Virus record (IMG/VR): IMGVR_UViG_3300035660_000001
Location: 1 to 64,000 of that record
DNA length: 64,000 nt
DNA from: a virus
Direction: 5' to 3' (one strand)
The position numbers were made by a program, and so were the translations under genes. Under the pieces are notes generated by a model. That model had not been told where the DNA came from. It saw nothing but the letters and a program-made list of their open reading frames with translations, and did not search any database. Numbering within the stretch: position 1 is the stretch's first letter; each line of letters opens with the position of its first letter. Shown one piece after another: positions 27,684 to 37,082 of the stretch.

Positions 27684-27709
27684 TGAACTTATGATGCGAG
27701 GAGAAGCCG

Positions 27710-27919
27710 ATGGATGAGGAGAAGAAGGAAGTCAAATACGACTGGTCCGATGCGATGGAGAAGTGCCCGAAGTGCCGTAGCAAGGTCATCCAGATCGGGG
27801 GATGCGGCCACGGGCACTGCTTGGCCTGCGGGTTCACGTGGGATTATCGATCGGAGACGCCCGTGGACGACGAGATGTTCGACGAAGGGAAGAAGGACAG
27901 AGGGAGGAAGCATGTTTGA
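27710..27919 (+). CDS. small zinc-ribbon protein
   Basis: GAGGAG SD; CPKC...CLAC. Confidence 0.6.
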   Translation: MDEEKKEVKYDWSDAMEKCPKCRSKVIQIGGCGHGHCLACGFTWDYRSETPVDDEMFDEGKKDRGRKHV

Positions 27920-28277
27920 CCTCGGCCACATCGTTCTGAACGCTACGACGGGGAAGAAGGGACTCGTCGTTCCCGACATGATGGGATGCTGTGCGGAATA
28001 CGAAGTGCCCGTTCTTTATGAAGGGTCCCCCGGGTTCTGCGGGACGAACAAAGAGGAGCTCGAAGATCTGGGTCCGGAGAACCCGATCCCGGACTTCAAC
28101 AAGTGCGGGGGAGGCAAGGGAGCGGAGTGCTGTATTTTCCTGACGGCGGGAGCGAATGGTTTCGGGTGCGAGCGTTCCTCGGAGTTAAGGAATGCCCTTA
28201 TCTTTAGGACGATGAGCTCCAAGCGGAATCCCACGGCTCTCTTCCCGAAGTGCCAGCTCAACGGGAAGGCTTCATGA
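27912..28277 (+). CDS. Cys-rich hypothetical protein
   Basis: GGAGG SD; CGGGKGAECCIFL. Confidence 0.6.
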   Translation: MFDLGHIVLNATTGKKGLVVPDMMGCCAEYEVPVLYEGSPGFCGTNKEELEDLGPENPIPDFNKCGGGKGAECCIFLTAGANGFGCERSSELRNALIFRTMSSKRNPTALFPKCQLNGKAS

Positions 28278-28863
28278 CCCGGACGGAGTGGATCCCGTTT
28301 GCCCGGAGGTGCAAGCACCGGGCGTGTAGCAGGTCCCGAGAGGAGCTAAGGCAGGGCGCCTTTAAGGGAAATCCTATCTGCATATGGAGCATCGTAGGGA
28401 TGCGTTGTATGTTCGCTAAATGCCCTATTTTAAGGTTTGGGAAGGTGAAGGATTTTGGGAAGGTGAATAATTGAGAGAGACGATTCTGTTTCCTAATACA
28501 CCCTACGAGATCCGCCTCATGGAGGCCGAGTGGATGGCTGTCGGTAAAACGCTCGTCACTGACCACATGAGATCGTTTTTAATTGTCAACACCGAGTTCG
28601 ACGTGGATGTCTCCAAAGAACAATTCTGCGTGATCGGAGGTCTGTGATGCCTGGTTACTCAGATGAAGTGCATGGAATATGGATAGCCCATGCAGGAGCC
28701 CACAGCGAACCTTGGCTCAAAGGGAAAGTTGATGGCGGGCTTCCAGTAGCTCGGGTAGACCTACCCCGAGATTTGCAACCGATCTATTCTACAACCAGAA
28801 GTGAGGGATACCACCTTTTGAGAGAGATGCTTATCGATATGGGCTATACGGAGGAGGGAGGCT

Positions 28864-29397
28864 ATGCGAGACGTTAAGGAGCTGTTGACGGTGGCCAAGC
28901 GGGCGTATGAGCCGGTGGCCGCTACGATGTCTGCCGATACACTTCAGAAGCATATGATCGATGCCGAGAAAATGAAGGCCATGATCAAGAAAAAGCTCGG
29001 CTTCGATGCGGAGATCGTTCAGGTTGATCACTGGCGAGACCAACACGATCTGAAGTATGCCGGGAAGATCGTCGTGGCTAAAGAGCCCATTTACGCCGGT
29101 CCAGCCTTCATCGTGAATTCAGTCGTGCGGATACTGCTCGTGAAGGACAATTGGCCGACCGGAAGGCTGACTGAAGGTTTAAATGCCAAGTATGAAGGAG
29201 TCAGGGGAGACTACTTGATCGGGGCGAATACGCTCGGGTACATCTCAGGGATGCCGTCGACTTACTCTCAGACCAATATCCTGGTCAATTCGCTGGCCGA
29301 CCTCGGGGGCTTCGTCGAAGAAAGCAAGACCCTCGAGGAGTGGGTCGGGAAGCACGGTGGGATGAAGCTGTTTGTCGATCGGGACAAGAAGAGATGA
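28864..29397 (+). CDS. hypothetical protein with a leader resembling the capsid-cargo family
   Basis: MRDVKELLTVAKRAYEPVAATMSAD. Confidence 0.65.
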   Translation: MRDVKELLTVAKRAYEPVAATMSADTLQKHMIDAEKMKAMIKKKLGFDAEIVQVDHWRDQHDLKYAGKIVVAKEPIYAGPAFIVNSVVRILLVKDNWPTGRLTEGLNAKYEGVRGDYLIGANTLGYISGMPSTYSQTNILVNSLADLGGFVEESKTLEEWVGKHGGMKLFVDRDKKR

Positions 29398-30078
29398 GGA
29401 AATGGTTTTGGTTAGCCGTGCAGGTTCTGGCTGTCCTGCTTTTCTTCGTCGGGATGATCGCCGTCCGCTACTGGGCCTTCAGGGTAGGGCATCCCCATGT
29501 TCCGTGGTGGGTTTTTCTGTTTCATGGTGGTTGACCGATGGGACGTTATCCCTGGTGCATGACGCCGACCCGAGAGAACGTTCTCGGGTATCTGGAGCCC
29601 CAAGGGAAACCCGTCCCGCTCTCGGAGATCTGCTTCTGCCTGGACGCCGTCCACGGGTGCGTCTGGTCGGAGAGCCGGGTTCTGCGGGTTCTCGTATCCC
29701 TCGAGGAGGACGGGTTGGTTAAACGGATGGAGAAGGACGAATGGCTAAGTTTGAAACAATCCTCGGCATCACCGACATCGTAGAGCACTGCGGGTATTGC
29801 TTCTACTGCCAGGTGCCGCTCGGAGATCATTCTCCGCTCTGTTCCCGGAGGGTCTTTCTTCCCGTTATACCCTATGCTCCTCCCCCACCGAGATGCCCTC
29901 TGCGGGACGTAATTCCCGGGAATATTGACGTTCATAGCGTATAGGTATCGATTTGACCAACCCGCTTTTTACAAGGATTGCTATTTCAGTGACTTATGAA
30001 ACACGACCCCGCATCCTCATGCACTCACGAGCATCGATGGATACGGGAATATGGATTTTGGATAGCCCTAAATAGGCC

Positions 30079-30384
30079 ATGAAAGAGAAACGAATTACCC
30101 GGCAGTGGATTGAGGTCGAGCCCCACACCTATTCGGGGTCCCTTACCGACTACGGTTGGGAGGATGCGGCCCGCAGGCTTACCGAGCTTCTGGCCGAGCA
30201 CGATGCGTTCAAGAGGGATCGGGTCGAGCTCATGAAGGAAGAGGAGGATATCTGCTCGTTCTGTCACTGCGAGTGGGAGACGGACCCGGACGGATGCCCG
30301 GTCTGTTGCGAGAAGGCACAGAAGGAGTATGAGGCCGAGGAAGAGCGGAAGCGTCGGGCGATCTCCGTGGTTGGGAGCCTATGA
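30079..30384 (+). CDS. hypothetical protein
   Basis: CSFC.EWE..PVCCEKA motif. Confidence 0.65.
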   Translation: MKEKRITRQWIEVEPHTYSGSLTDYGWEDAARRLTELLAEHDAFKRDRVELMKEEEDICSFCHCEWETDPDGCPVCCEKAQKEYEAEEERKRRAISVVGSL

Positions 30385-31259
30385 TAGACGATCAAGGCAA
30401 CAGCTGGGAGCCAGGGGTGTTCCCGAGGCGTAGCCATAAGGCTATCAGGGGAGCGGATGGAGTGCTGAGGCTCGTAGACCAGGAGGGGAACGTGATCATC
30501 CCTCCCGACCCTCTTACTGCTCCCGACGATGGGCCTTACTCGGTTGGTTTCCGAGGGGATGTCGTCCGGGCCCAAGACGGAACGGTCGTTAGGGATCGGG
30601 GAAGCTACGGAACGCAAAGATGCGGGCGATGCAGTGGAGTGTTCAGTCCCCATCGAGATATCGGGACTCCTTTATGCCCGTATTGTGGTTCGAATGATAC
30701 CATCCCAACGGTTGCCTCGGCTGGGGTCAGCCTCGAGCAGGTATACCGGGCGGTCGATGCGATGGATTCCGGCCAGTTTATGGACATCTGTATTGCCCGG
30801 GAGGTTTTCGTAATGGAGGTCTTTGAATCCCGGGAGGAGTTCGAAGCGAGATATCCCCGTTATACCGGTGCTCATCGACAACTCGAGTATTCGGCGGGTT
30901 ACCCCGTCTGCGTGGGAATCGCGACCCCAGACGGGTGGCCCGTTCATCCGCATCCCCTGCGTCTTTATTCTACCAGCGAGGAAGATGCCTGGCGGGTCGT
31001 CTCGATGATGATGGCCTACACGGACAAGTTCTCTCTGTCCCGGGAAGGGCGGCTTTACAAGTCGAGCTTTATCGATGTCGCAGACGGCGTCCATTTCGTC
31101 TTCCCGCTGGCCGGGGAGTTCTCGAATGCGAACCTTCCGGAGGCCATCTGCAAGGCCGCACTCTACGCCATCCGATCGGGACTGGTGAGGCCGCAGAACG
31201 AACCGGCGATACCAGCGACGCCCGAGAATGAGAAGTTCGGGATCCGGGGGGCAATCTGA
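30381..31259 (+). CDS. zinc ribbon plus phage ABA-sandwich-like domain protein
   Basis: MDICIAREVF...YSTSEEDAWRVV...LPEAICKAAL. Confidence 0.65.
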   Translation: MIDDQGNSWEPGVFPRRSHKAIRGADGVLRLVDQEGNVIIPPDPLTAPDDGPYSVGFRGDVVRAQDGTVVRDRGSYGTQRCGRCSGVFSPHRDIGTPLCPYCGSNDTIPTVASAGVSLEQVYRAVDAMDSGQFMDICIAREVFVMEVFESREEFEARYPRYTGAHRQLEYSAGYPVCVGIATPDGWPVHPHPLRLYSTSEEDAWRVVSMMMAYTDKFSLSREGRLYKSSFIDVADGVHFVFPLAGEFSNANLPEAICKAALYAIRSGLVRPQNEPAIPATPENEKFGIRGAI

Positions 31260-31261
31260 TT

Positions 31262-31705
31262 ATGGAATACTACGATGTCATCCGAGGGGAGGAGCGGGAG
31301 AGGTTGGCTCATCTCGCCCCGGGCGGGATTATGGATGCTGAGGTAGACCGAGAGGTCTTTGGCTACGCCGGGAGCGATAATGTGAGAGGGGCTATTCCTC
31401 TCTACTCGAGCATCGGCGAGGAGCTTGTTTGGGAAATCGTCGTGGCCATGAGGCGCCACTCGAGACGCTTTTATATGGACCATGGATTTGGCTGGTGTGC
31501 GGTCAGTTTTACCGATGCGGCTACTTTCGGAAAGTTTAACTCGCAGAATGTTCCCGAGGCCGTTTGCAAGGCCGCCCTATTCTGCGTCCGGACGTTGAAG
31601 CGGGAGAGGGAGGTCGCGGAGACATTGAAAACCATCGCGGATTCGGACAGTGCATCGTTCTTCCAGTCCAAAGAGGAAGCCTTTGGAATCCAGGGGGCGC
31701 TATGA
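31262..31705 (+). CDS. phage ABA-sandwich-like domain protein (paralog of the preceding gene)
   Basis: MDAEVDREVF...YSS...VWEIV...VPEAVCKAAL. Confidence 0.65.
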   Translation: MEYYDVIRGEERERLAHLAPGGIMDAEVDREVFGYAGSDNVRGAIPLYSSIGEELVWEIVVAMRRHSRRFYMDHGFGWCAVSFTDAATFGKFNSQNVPEAVCKAALFCVRTLKREREVAETLKTIADSDSASFFQSKEEAFGIQGAL

Positions 31706-32013
31706 GGACGGGTCACATAGCGATCTGCGTCCCGGCGACCAAGAAGTGCTATGCCTTTATGTGGAGCTACGGGGAGATCTGCGTCCACTGTAACTGTTGC
31801 GGGGTGATGCAGAAGGGCCTGCCTATGTGGATCGCCCGGGCTCGCTACCACATCCACGAGATAGCCGAGGCCTGCGAGAAGGCGATCAAAGACCCGAAAT
31901 GGTATCTGGACCGAACGAAGGCTGTTTACTTTCATCCCAATTTAAGGCATACTATAAGGGAGTACCGCTACACCCTTCAGAAGGTGGGGGAATGGGAAAC
32001 GAGAAGAAGCTGA
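31702..32013 (+). CDS. hypothetical protein
   Basis: CY..WSYGEICVHCNCC. Confidence 0.55.
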   Translation: MRTGHIAICVPATKKCYAFMWSYGEICVHCNCCGVMQKGLPMWIARARYHIHEIAEACEKAIKDPKWYLDRTKAVYFHPNLRHTIREYRYTLQKVGEWETRRS

Positions 32014-32320
32014 CCGTAGACGTCACGGAAATGATCACGGATGAGATTCAGCGTTGCGAGGCGAACGCCAAGACCTGGGCCCACTGCAAGTGCGCCACCT
32101 GCCAGGGGATGGCGAAGGCGTTCCGTGCAAGGGCCGATCGCTTGCGGGACAAACTGAAGGGGCTGTGATGCGGAAGAAGAACAAGCGGGGGAAACGGAGA
32201 TGACGGACTTCACGCTCAAGTTCATGGACTGGACGCCGGTGCCTCCGGAGTATATGGAGAAGCTCGCCCCGCTCATTTCAGCGGCCGCCCGGTCCCAGGA
32301 ACTCATGACCCCGGAGGAAC

Positions 32321-32641
32321 TTGATGAGCTCGAAAAGACGATCCCCCGAAGCTGAGGCTTTGCTCATGGAGGCTACTTTGGCGACCCTTACGCCCAAGCA
32401 GAAGCAAGCCCTGGCGATCGTGCGGGCCAACCCCGGGATCCGGCCTCAGCGGTTTGCGAAGCTGATGTGGCCGAACTCGGAGTGCTGGGAGAAGCGGTAT
32501 CGGTGCGGGAACGGGACCCACAAGGGAGGCGGGATGCACACGGCGGGCGGAGCCTATCTCGGGAAGCTCCGGAAGCTCAGACTGGTTCATCTCGAAGGGG
32601 AGTGGGGACATGAGGGCTACTATGTCTCGAGGAAGAGATGA
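32321..32641 (+). CDS. putative winged-helix protein
   Basis: LTPKQKQALAIVRANPGI...YLGKLRKLRLV. Confidence 0.55.
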   Translation: MMSSKRRSPEAEALLMEATLATLTPKQKQALAIVRANPGIRPQRFAKLMWPNSECWEKRYRCGNGTHKGGGMHTAGGAYLGKLRKLRLVHLEGEWGHEGYYVSRKR

Positions 32642-33120
32642 AAAATCTACTTATAGATATTGCTAAATATTTTAATCTCAATGACCATTCCGATACGGTC
32701 TTTTCCCGCTGGGCCCCCGGAATAGCTCAGGCTGTCATCTACGCCTATTTCACCGTGATGTTTTCCCGGGAGTATTTCGTGAGCCATAAGCCGTGGTATT
32801 ATCTTCTTCTGTCCGCCGTCTGTTGCCTCGTTTCTGCTGGGATGATATCCCTCGCAATTTATAAGACCGTGTTGGAGGATAAGCTAAAGAACGTCCGCCG
32901 AGCGATCGATGAGGCTTGCACTCGCTGTGGCGGTCTCGGTTATGTCGGGTTGGACGGCGATCCTTGTCCCGTCTGTCATCCGACCGATGATTTCGGATGG
33001 GTTGCGGATGGATGCGGGGACTGGATCATAGCTCGGGTTTTTAGGAGAAAGAAACGGGTCGTTCTTTCGGAGGACGATGGATCTCGGGAAGAGCAGTTCG
33101 GAGTGCGAGGGTATTTATAA
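32638..33120 (+). CDS. membrane protein with a CxxCxGxG motif
   Basis: Two TM segments; CTRCGGLG..CPVC. Confidence 0.55.
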   Translation: MKNLLIDIAKYFNLNDHSDTVFSRWAPGIAQAVIYAYFTVMFSREYFVSHKPWYYLLLSAVCCLVSAGMISLAIYKTVLEDKLKNVRRAIDEACTRCGGLGYVGLDGDPCPVCHPTDDFGWVADGCGDWIIARVFRRKKRVVLSEDDGSREEQFGVRGYL

Positions 33121-33135
33121 ACGGAGGGATGCACG

Positions 33136-33588
33136 ATGGATATCAAGATGTTCGAGATCAGGGACGTGGGGACGCTTATTCCCGCAATCGGGATCCGGCT
33201 GAACCCCACCGATGGAGGCGAGCGATGGCTTCTGGCTCGGGCCGGATTCGGGCAAGACGTGGAAGGAGTGGATGGGCAGGGTTCTTACGTCCTTCTCATT
33301 TTTCTCACCAGGGACATAGCTCATTACGATCCGGCCCAGTGGGGAGACCGGACGATGCTTCAAGCCCACCTGTTCATCCGTGATAAGTGGTTTGCATTAA
33401 GGACCGGTGACGTGGTCGACGTGCAGTTCGTTTTGGGCGAGACGGATCATCCCAAAACTGCGGAACGGTGGGACCCATCCCTGTTGGAGCTTGCGGGGAA
33501 AGACATGCCTCGCCTTGAGAGAGCTTCGGCGTCTCCTGCGCCTCGGGCGGGACTTTCCGATGACAGTATAATCCCAGATCTTTTATAG
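33136..33588 (+). CDS. hypothetical protein
   Basis: GGAGGG SD; typical codon usage. Confidence 0.7.
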   Translation: MDIKMFEIRDVGTLIPAIGIRLNPTDGGERWLLARAGFGQDVEGVDGQGSYVLLIFLTRDIAHYDPAQWGDRTMLQAHLFIRDKWFALRTGDVVDVQFVLGETDHPKTAERWDPSLLELAGKDMPRLERASASPAPRAGLSDDSIIPDLL

Positions 33589-33738
33589 GCGATGGGAGAA
33601 TGAGCCTGTCTGAGGTCAGCGAGGTCCGCCGGTGCAACAGGTGTAAGTATGAGTGGGAGGACGAGGGAGAGGAAAAATGTCCTCGCTGTGGATCGGAGGA
33701 TACCGAGGTTGTCCGGAGCGATTAACGGAGGAGACCGC

Positions 33739-34191
33739 ATGAAGAAGAGGAAGAGCCGAGAATACGTTCATTCCAACGTGGATGCCCTCCGGTTCCGGCT
33801 ACCCGAGCGGGGATCGGATGTTCCCTACGTCGGGCCCGCCTTTGCCCCTCAGTATGCCCGGCAAATCCCCCCCAAAGCCCCAGAATATGCCCTACGGCCC
33901 CTCTTCGTGACGGGTCCAGGGAGTAAGGCCTCCGACAAGGCCTACCCCCTCAAAGCCATCCCCGTGATGGAGATCGATGCGGGAGGCCGGGGCGTGTCGA
34001 TCTACGGGGCGGAGTTCAAGGTCTGCAAGCATTTCAAGAGCCGGGGGGACGTCCGGGTCGAGGTGAACGTATTCGACGTGAACGGGGCGTTCCGGACGAT
34101 CCCGTTCCTGCTGGACGAGGACGAGCCGGTCTACCGGATCAATTCCCGGCTTCCCGGCAAGGTCGTGCGGATCGGGGTAGTGGACATTTAA
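33739..34191 (+). CDS. hypothetical protein
   Basis: GGAGGAG SD before ATG 33739. Confidence 0.65.
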   Translation: MKKRKSREYVHSNVDALRFRLPERGSDVPYVGPAFAPQYARQIPPKAPEYALRPLFVTGPGSKASDKAYPLKAIPVMEIDAGGRGVSIYGAEFKVCKHFKSRGDVRVEVNVFDVNGAFRTIPFLLDEDEPVYRINSRLPGKVVRIGVVDI

Positions 34192-34207
34192 CCAGGAGGA
34201 TGCAGAC

Positions 34208-34497
34208 GTGGGACCGAACCAGATGACGGGACGGGTGAAGGCAGTCTCCTTCTCGATGGTGCAGGAAGGAGACAAGGAGGTCGTGAAGGCGAAGATCGCG
34301 TTCGAGTCTACGGCCTCGGAGGGATGGCAGACTATCTTACGTCCCTGCTCAAGAAGGAATGCCTCATGACTCTTCAGCCCGTGCAGTTATCCTTTGTGGG
34401 AAGTCCGGCCGCTCCGGAGCCACCGAAGGAGGAGAAGAAACCCGAAACCAAGCCGGGGGAGAAGGCGCCCCCAAAGGAGAAGGCTAAGAAGAAATAG
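34208..34497 (+). pseudogene. apparently frameshifted small gene
   Basis: MGPNQMTGRVKAVSF...STASEG continues in the -1 frame as MADYLTSLLKK...KAKKK* at GAGGGATG (about 34321). Confidence 0.5.
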
Positions 34498-34538
34498 CCG
34501 AGCAAGGAGGATCCCGCCCACCGAGGGCGGGTTCTCTC

Positions 34539-34874
34539 TTGGGAAAGGAGAACGTGAACGACGTGCTTTTCAGGATTATGTTTTCCGGGTGCGGTTTGGG
34601 CCTCGGGCTCGTGGGAGTCATCACGATGCTCGTGATGCCCTGGGCCTTCAGGTTCGACAAGGACGAGATACACCACTTCTATGGCGGCTGGCTGATGACG
34701 ATCGTCGCCCCGATCCACCTCACCGTGTGGCCGGACTGGGTCGTCTGGACGGTCTACGGACTCGGCTTCTGGCTCATGGCGGACGACTGGTATCAGCACT
34801 ACCGACAGGTCAAGGATCCCGAATACCGGAGCCTCTGGCACAGAATTCTGTGGAGGCTGTGGTTGGTCTTTTGA
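34539..34874 (+). CDS. membrane protein
   Basis: Three hydrophobic segments; HHFYGG and ADDWYQH. Confidence 0.7.
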   Translation: MGKENVNDVLFRIMFSGCGLGLGLVGVITMLVMPWAFRFDKDEIHHFYGGWLMTIVAPIHLTVWPDWVVWTVYGLGFWLMADDWYQHYRQVKDPEYRSLWHRILWRLWLVF

Positions 34875-34895
34875 CGATAAATTACGGGAGGGGTA

Positions 34896-34925
34896 TTGAC
34901 AAAGGTAAACGATTTTAAGTAAACT
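34896..34925 (+). promoter_or_regulatory. putative sigma70 promoter
   Basis: TTGACA-18 nt-TAAACT. Confidence 0.6.
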
Positions 34926-35006
34926 TATACCCATCAGCCGAAATGACCACAATATATTGAGGTCGGTTCTACGGAGAATACAAGCGGTGTGAACCCTCAG
35001 TCATTG

Positions 35007-35186
35007 AACGGAGGAGGAGCCAATGGATACGTCCAGCGGTCATCCTCCGTTTTATCGCTGTCCGCATGCACAATCGGGGTGTCTCATTGTCTACTGCGAG
35101 CCGACGACGCGGGTGCCCTCGGTGGGCGTCCTGTTAAATCCGGAGAGTGATCTCACCGGAACAAAATGCGGGCCAACGCAGTAGAC
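35007..35186 (+). ncRNA. structured leader or ncRNA
   Basis: Stems AACGGAGGA/TCCTCCGTT and GTCTACTGCG/CGCAGTAGAC; the second encloses further hairpins. Confidence 0.5.
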
Positions 35187-35200
35187 CTTAAAGGAGTTAT

Positions 35201-35440
35201 GTGGAGACGTTAGTCGACATCATCCAGAGTGTGATCGAAAACATCTCGTCCCGAAAAGAGAGGGTTAACTGGACGTGGCAGGGGAAGATAAACGACCTGC
35301 CCGATTGGGTCGTTGAGAAGCTCAAGGAGTCAGAACGCCCGATCCATTTGACCGGGACGATCTGGGTCTGGGACGACAACGGGACCATCCGCTTGGGGAC
35401 GACGGGTTCTTATAGCGTCAGTCCCAAGAACCTGTCGTAG
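35201..35440 (+). CDS. leader-bearing hypothetical protein
   Basis: METLVDIIQSVIENISSR, shared with the next gene. Confidence 0.7.
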   Translation: METLVDIIQSVIENISSRKERVNWTWQGKINDLPDWVVEKLKESERPIHLTGTIWVWDDNGTIRLGTTGSYSVSPKNLS

Positions 35441-35444
35441 CATT

Positions 35445-35903
35445 ATGGACTCTTTAGTCGACATCCTTCAGAGCACGATCCGGAGCCTCTCCTCCCGGGC
35501 GGAGGTCGATTGGGACATCATGGGGTCGAAGCCGAACTTCCTCGACTTCGTTAAGAAACTAATCCGCACGGACGACGTCGAGGACGGGTTGCGGAAGGCG
35601 CTCGAGCGGGACGGATGGAAGCACACCTTTGCCTTTCTGCACCTGCAGTCGAGGAAGCCCGGAGTGCCCCGCTGGTCTGTGAAGGTCAAGTCGGACTTCC
35701 GGAGGGACGGAAAGAAGTGGACGGGCATTCGGGAAGACCGGGGAGAGATGGACGCCCTGGACCGGACGATCGCCAAGTTCTTTAAGCGTTATCCTACCCT
35801 GCGGTGGGCGGGCCTCGGGGCCCCCGGCCAGGGTTATCCCGGGTACGTCGATACGCAATTCGGGAACTTTGAAACCACAGGCGACTTGGAGGTGGACGAA
35901 TGA
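35445..35903 (+). CDS. leader-bearing hypothetical protein
   Basis: MDSLVDILQSTIRSLSSR. Confidence 0.7.
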   Translation: MDSLVDILQSTIRSLSSRAEVDWDIMGSKPNFLDFVKKLIRTDDVEDGLRKALERDGWKHTFAFLHLQSRKPGVPRWSVKVKSDFRRDGKKWTGIREDRGEMDALDRTIAKFFKRYPTLRWAGLGAPGQGYPGYVDTQFGNFETTGDLEVDE

Positions 35904-35950
35904 TTTACGTTGAGAGTCCGAACGAGTGGGATGAATATTCTGGAAGCTGA
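35900..35950 (+). pseudogene. orphaned native N-terminus of the 36637 gene
   Basis: MIYVESPNEWD vs MIYIESPTEWD (9/11 aa); coupled to the upstream stop. Confidence 0.75.
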
Positions 35951-36650
35951 AAAGTTATATCTCCGGGATCTCTGGTCGATCAAGAAGATCGGTGACCATT
36001 TTGGCGTTGGTTATAAGGCCGCTCGGAATGCTCTATTGCGGGCGGGTGTTTCTCTTCGGAAACGAAATACATTGGGGCTTCATGAATTAAGTCGGATTAC
36101 CCGAGATAAGATACGGCAATCCTGCTTGGGAGACAAGAATCCCAATCATCGTAGTAGGCTCTCAGCTGAAAGGTGGGAACGTCTTCGTTCTATATTAAAT
36201 AGCATCCGTCCAAAGGAACGTTCTACTGAGGCAAGACAACATACAAGCCAAACTAGGATAGAGCGTGGTTTGGCTAAGGGCAACCGCAATCCCATGAGTA
36301 ATCCGGAGGCGATACGAAGGTGGGCGTTGTCAAACCGCCTTAGTCCTAATAGGGCGGAGCAAAGAATGAAGGTAATTCTCGATTCCGTAGCTCCCGGGGA
36401 CTATGCTTTCAATGTGGATGGAAGCGTCCTGATCATCGGCGGGAAGATTCCGGATTTCGTGAATATCAATGGACAAAAGAAGGTGGTCGAACTCTATGGG
36501 GATTTTTGGCATAAAGGAGAGAATCCCGATGACCGTAAATCATTGTTCCGGGGATTGGGTTATGATGCTTTAATTGTCTGGGAAAGTGAGCTCAAAAATC
36601 GGGAGTCCGTAATCCAGAAAGTAAAGGAGTTCCACTGTGATTTACATTGA
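35931..36650 (+). CDS. Vsr/DUF559-like (EDxHD-type) homing endonuclease with N-terminal DNA-binding modules
   Basis: PNRAEQ..IPDFV..VVELYGDFWH..GYDALIVWESEL; GDKNPN/GNRNPM NUMOD-like repeats; lower GC. Confidence 0.85.
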   Translation: MNILEAEKLYLRDLWSIKKIGDHFGVGYKAARNALLRAGVSLRKRNTLGLHELSRITRDKIRQSCLGDKNPNHRSRLSAERWERLRSILNSIRPKERSTEARQHTSQTRIERGLAKGNRNPMSNPEAIRRWALSNRLSPNRAEQRMKVILDSVAPGDYAFNVDGSVLIIGGKIPDFVNINGQKKVVELYGDFWHKGENPDDRKSLFRGLGYDALIVWESELKNRESVIQKVKEFHCDLH

Positions 36651-37080
36651 ATCACCTACAGAATGGGACGGAGACCGACCAGCAGTATTTTTGGCTGGCG
36701 GCATTACGGGATGTGTTGACTGGCAGAAGGAGGTCGTCGCCGGACTGGCGGATCTCGATATCGCCGTCCTGAATCCCCGGAGAGAGAATTTCCCGATCAG
36801 CGACCCGACCGCCGCCCGTGCCCAGATCGAGTGGGAGTTCCGCCACTTGAGGAAGGCTCAGGCGATTTCGTTTTGGTGCCCTGCGGAAACCGCCTGCCCG
36901 ATCGTGCTGTATGAACTTGGGTCGTGGATCAGGACGAGCAAGAAGCTCTTCGTGGGCGTCCATCCGGACTACAAGCGGAAGCAGGACGTAGAGATCCAGA
37001 CGCTTCTGGTCCGGCCCAAGCTTGCGATCGTCTACTCCGTGGGCGATCTGATCGCCCAGATCAAGGAGCACTTCGCCTGA
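36637..37080 (+). CDS. nucleoside 2-deoxyribosyltransferase-like protein
   Basis: VFLAGGITGC.DWQ..LNPRR..QIEWE..PIVLYELG. Confidence 0.88.
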   Translation: MIYIESPTEWDGDRPAVFLAGGITGCVDWQKEVVAGLADLDIAVLNPRRENFPISDPTAARAQIEWEFRHLRKAQAISFWCPAETACPIVLYELGSWIRTSKKLFVGVHPDYKRKQDVEIQTLLVRPKLAIVYSVGDLIAQIKEHFA

Positions 37081-37082
37081 GC

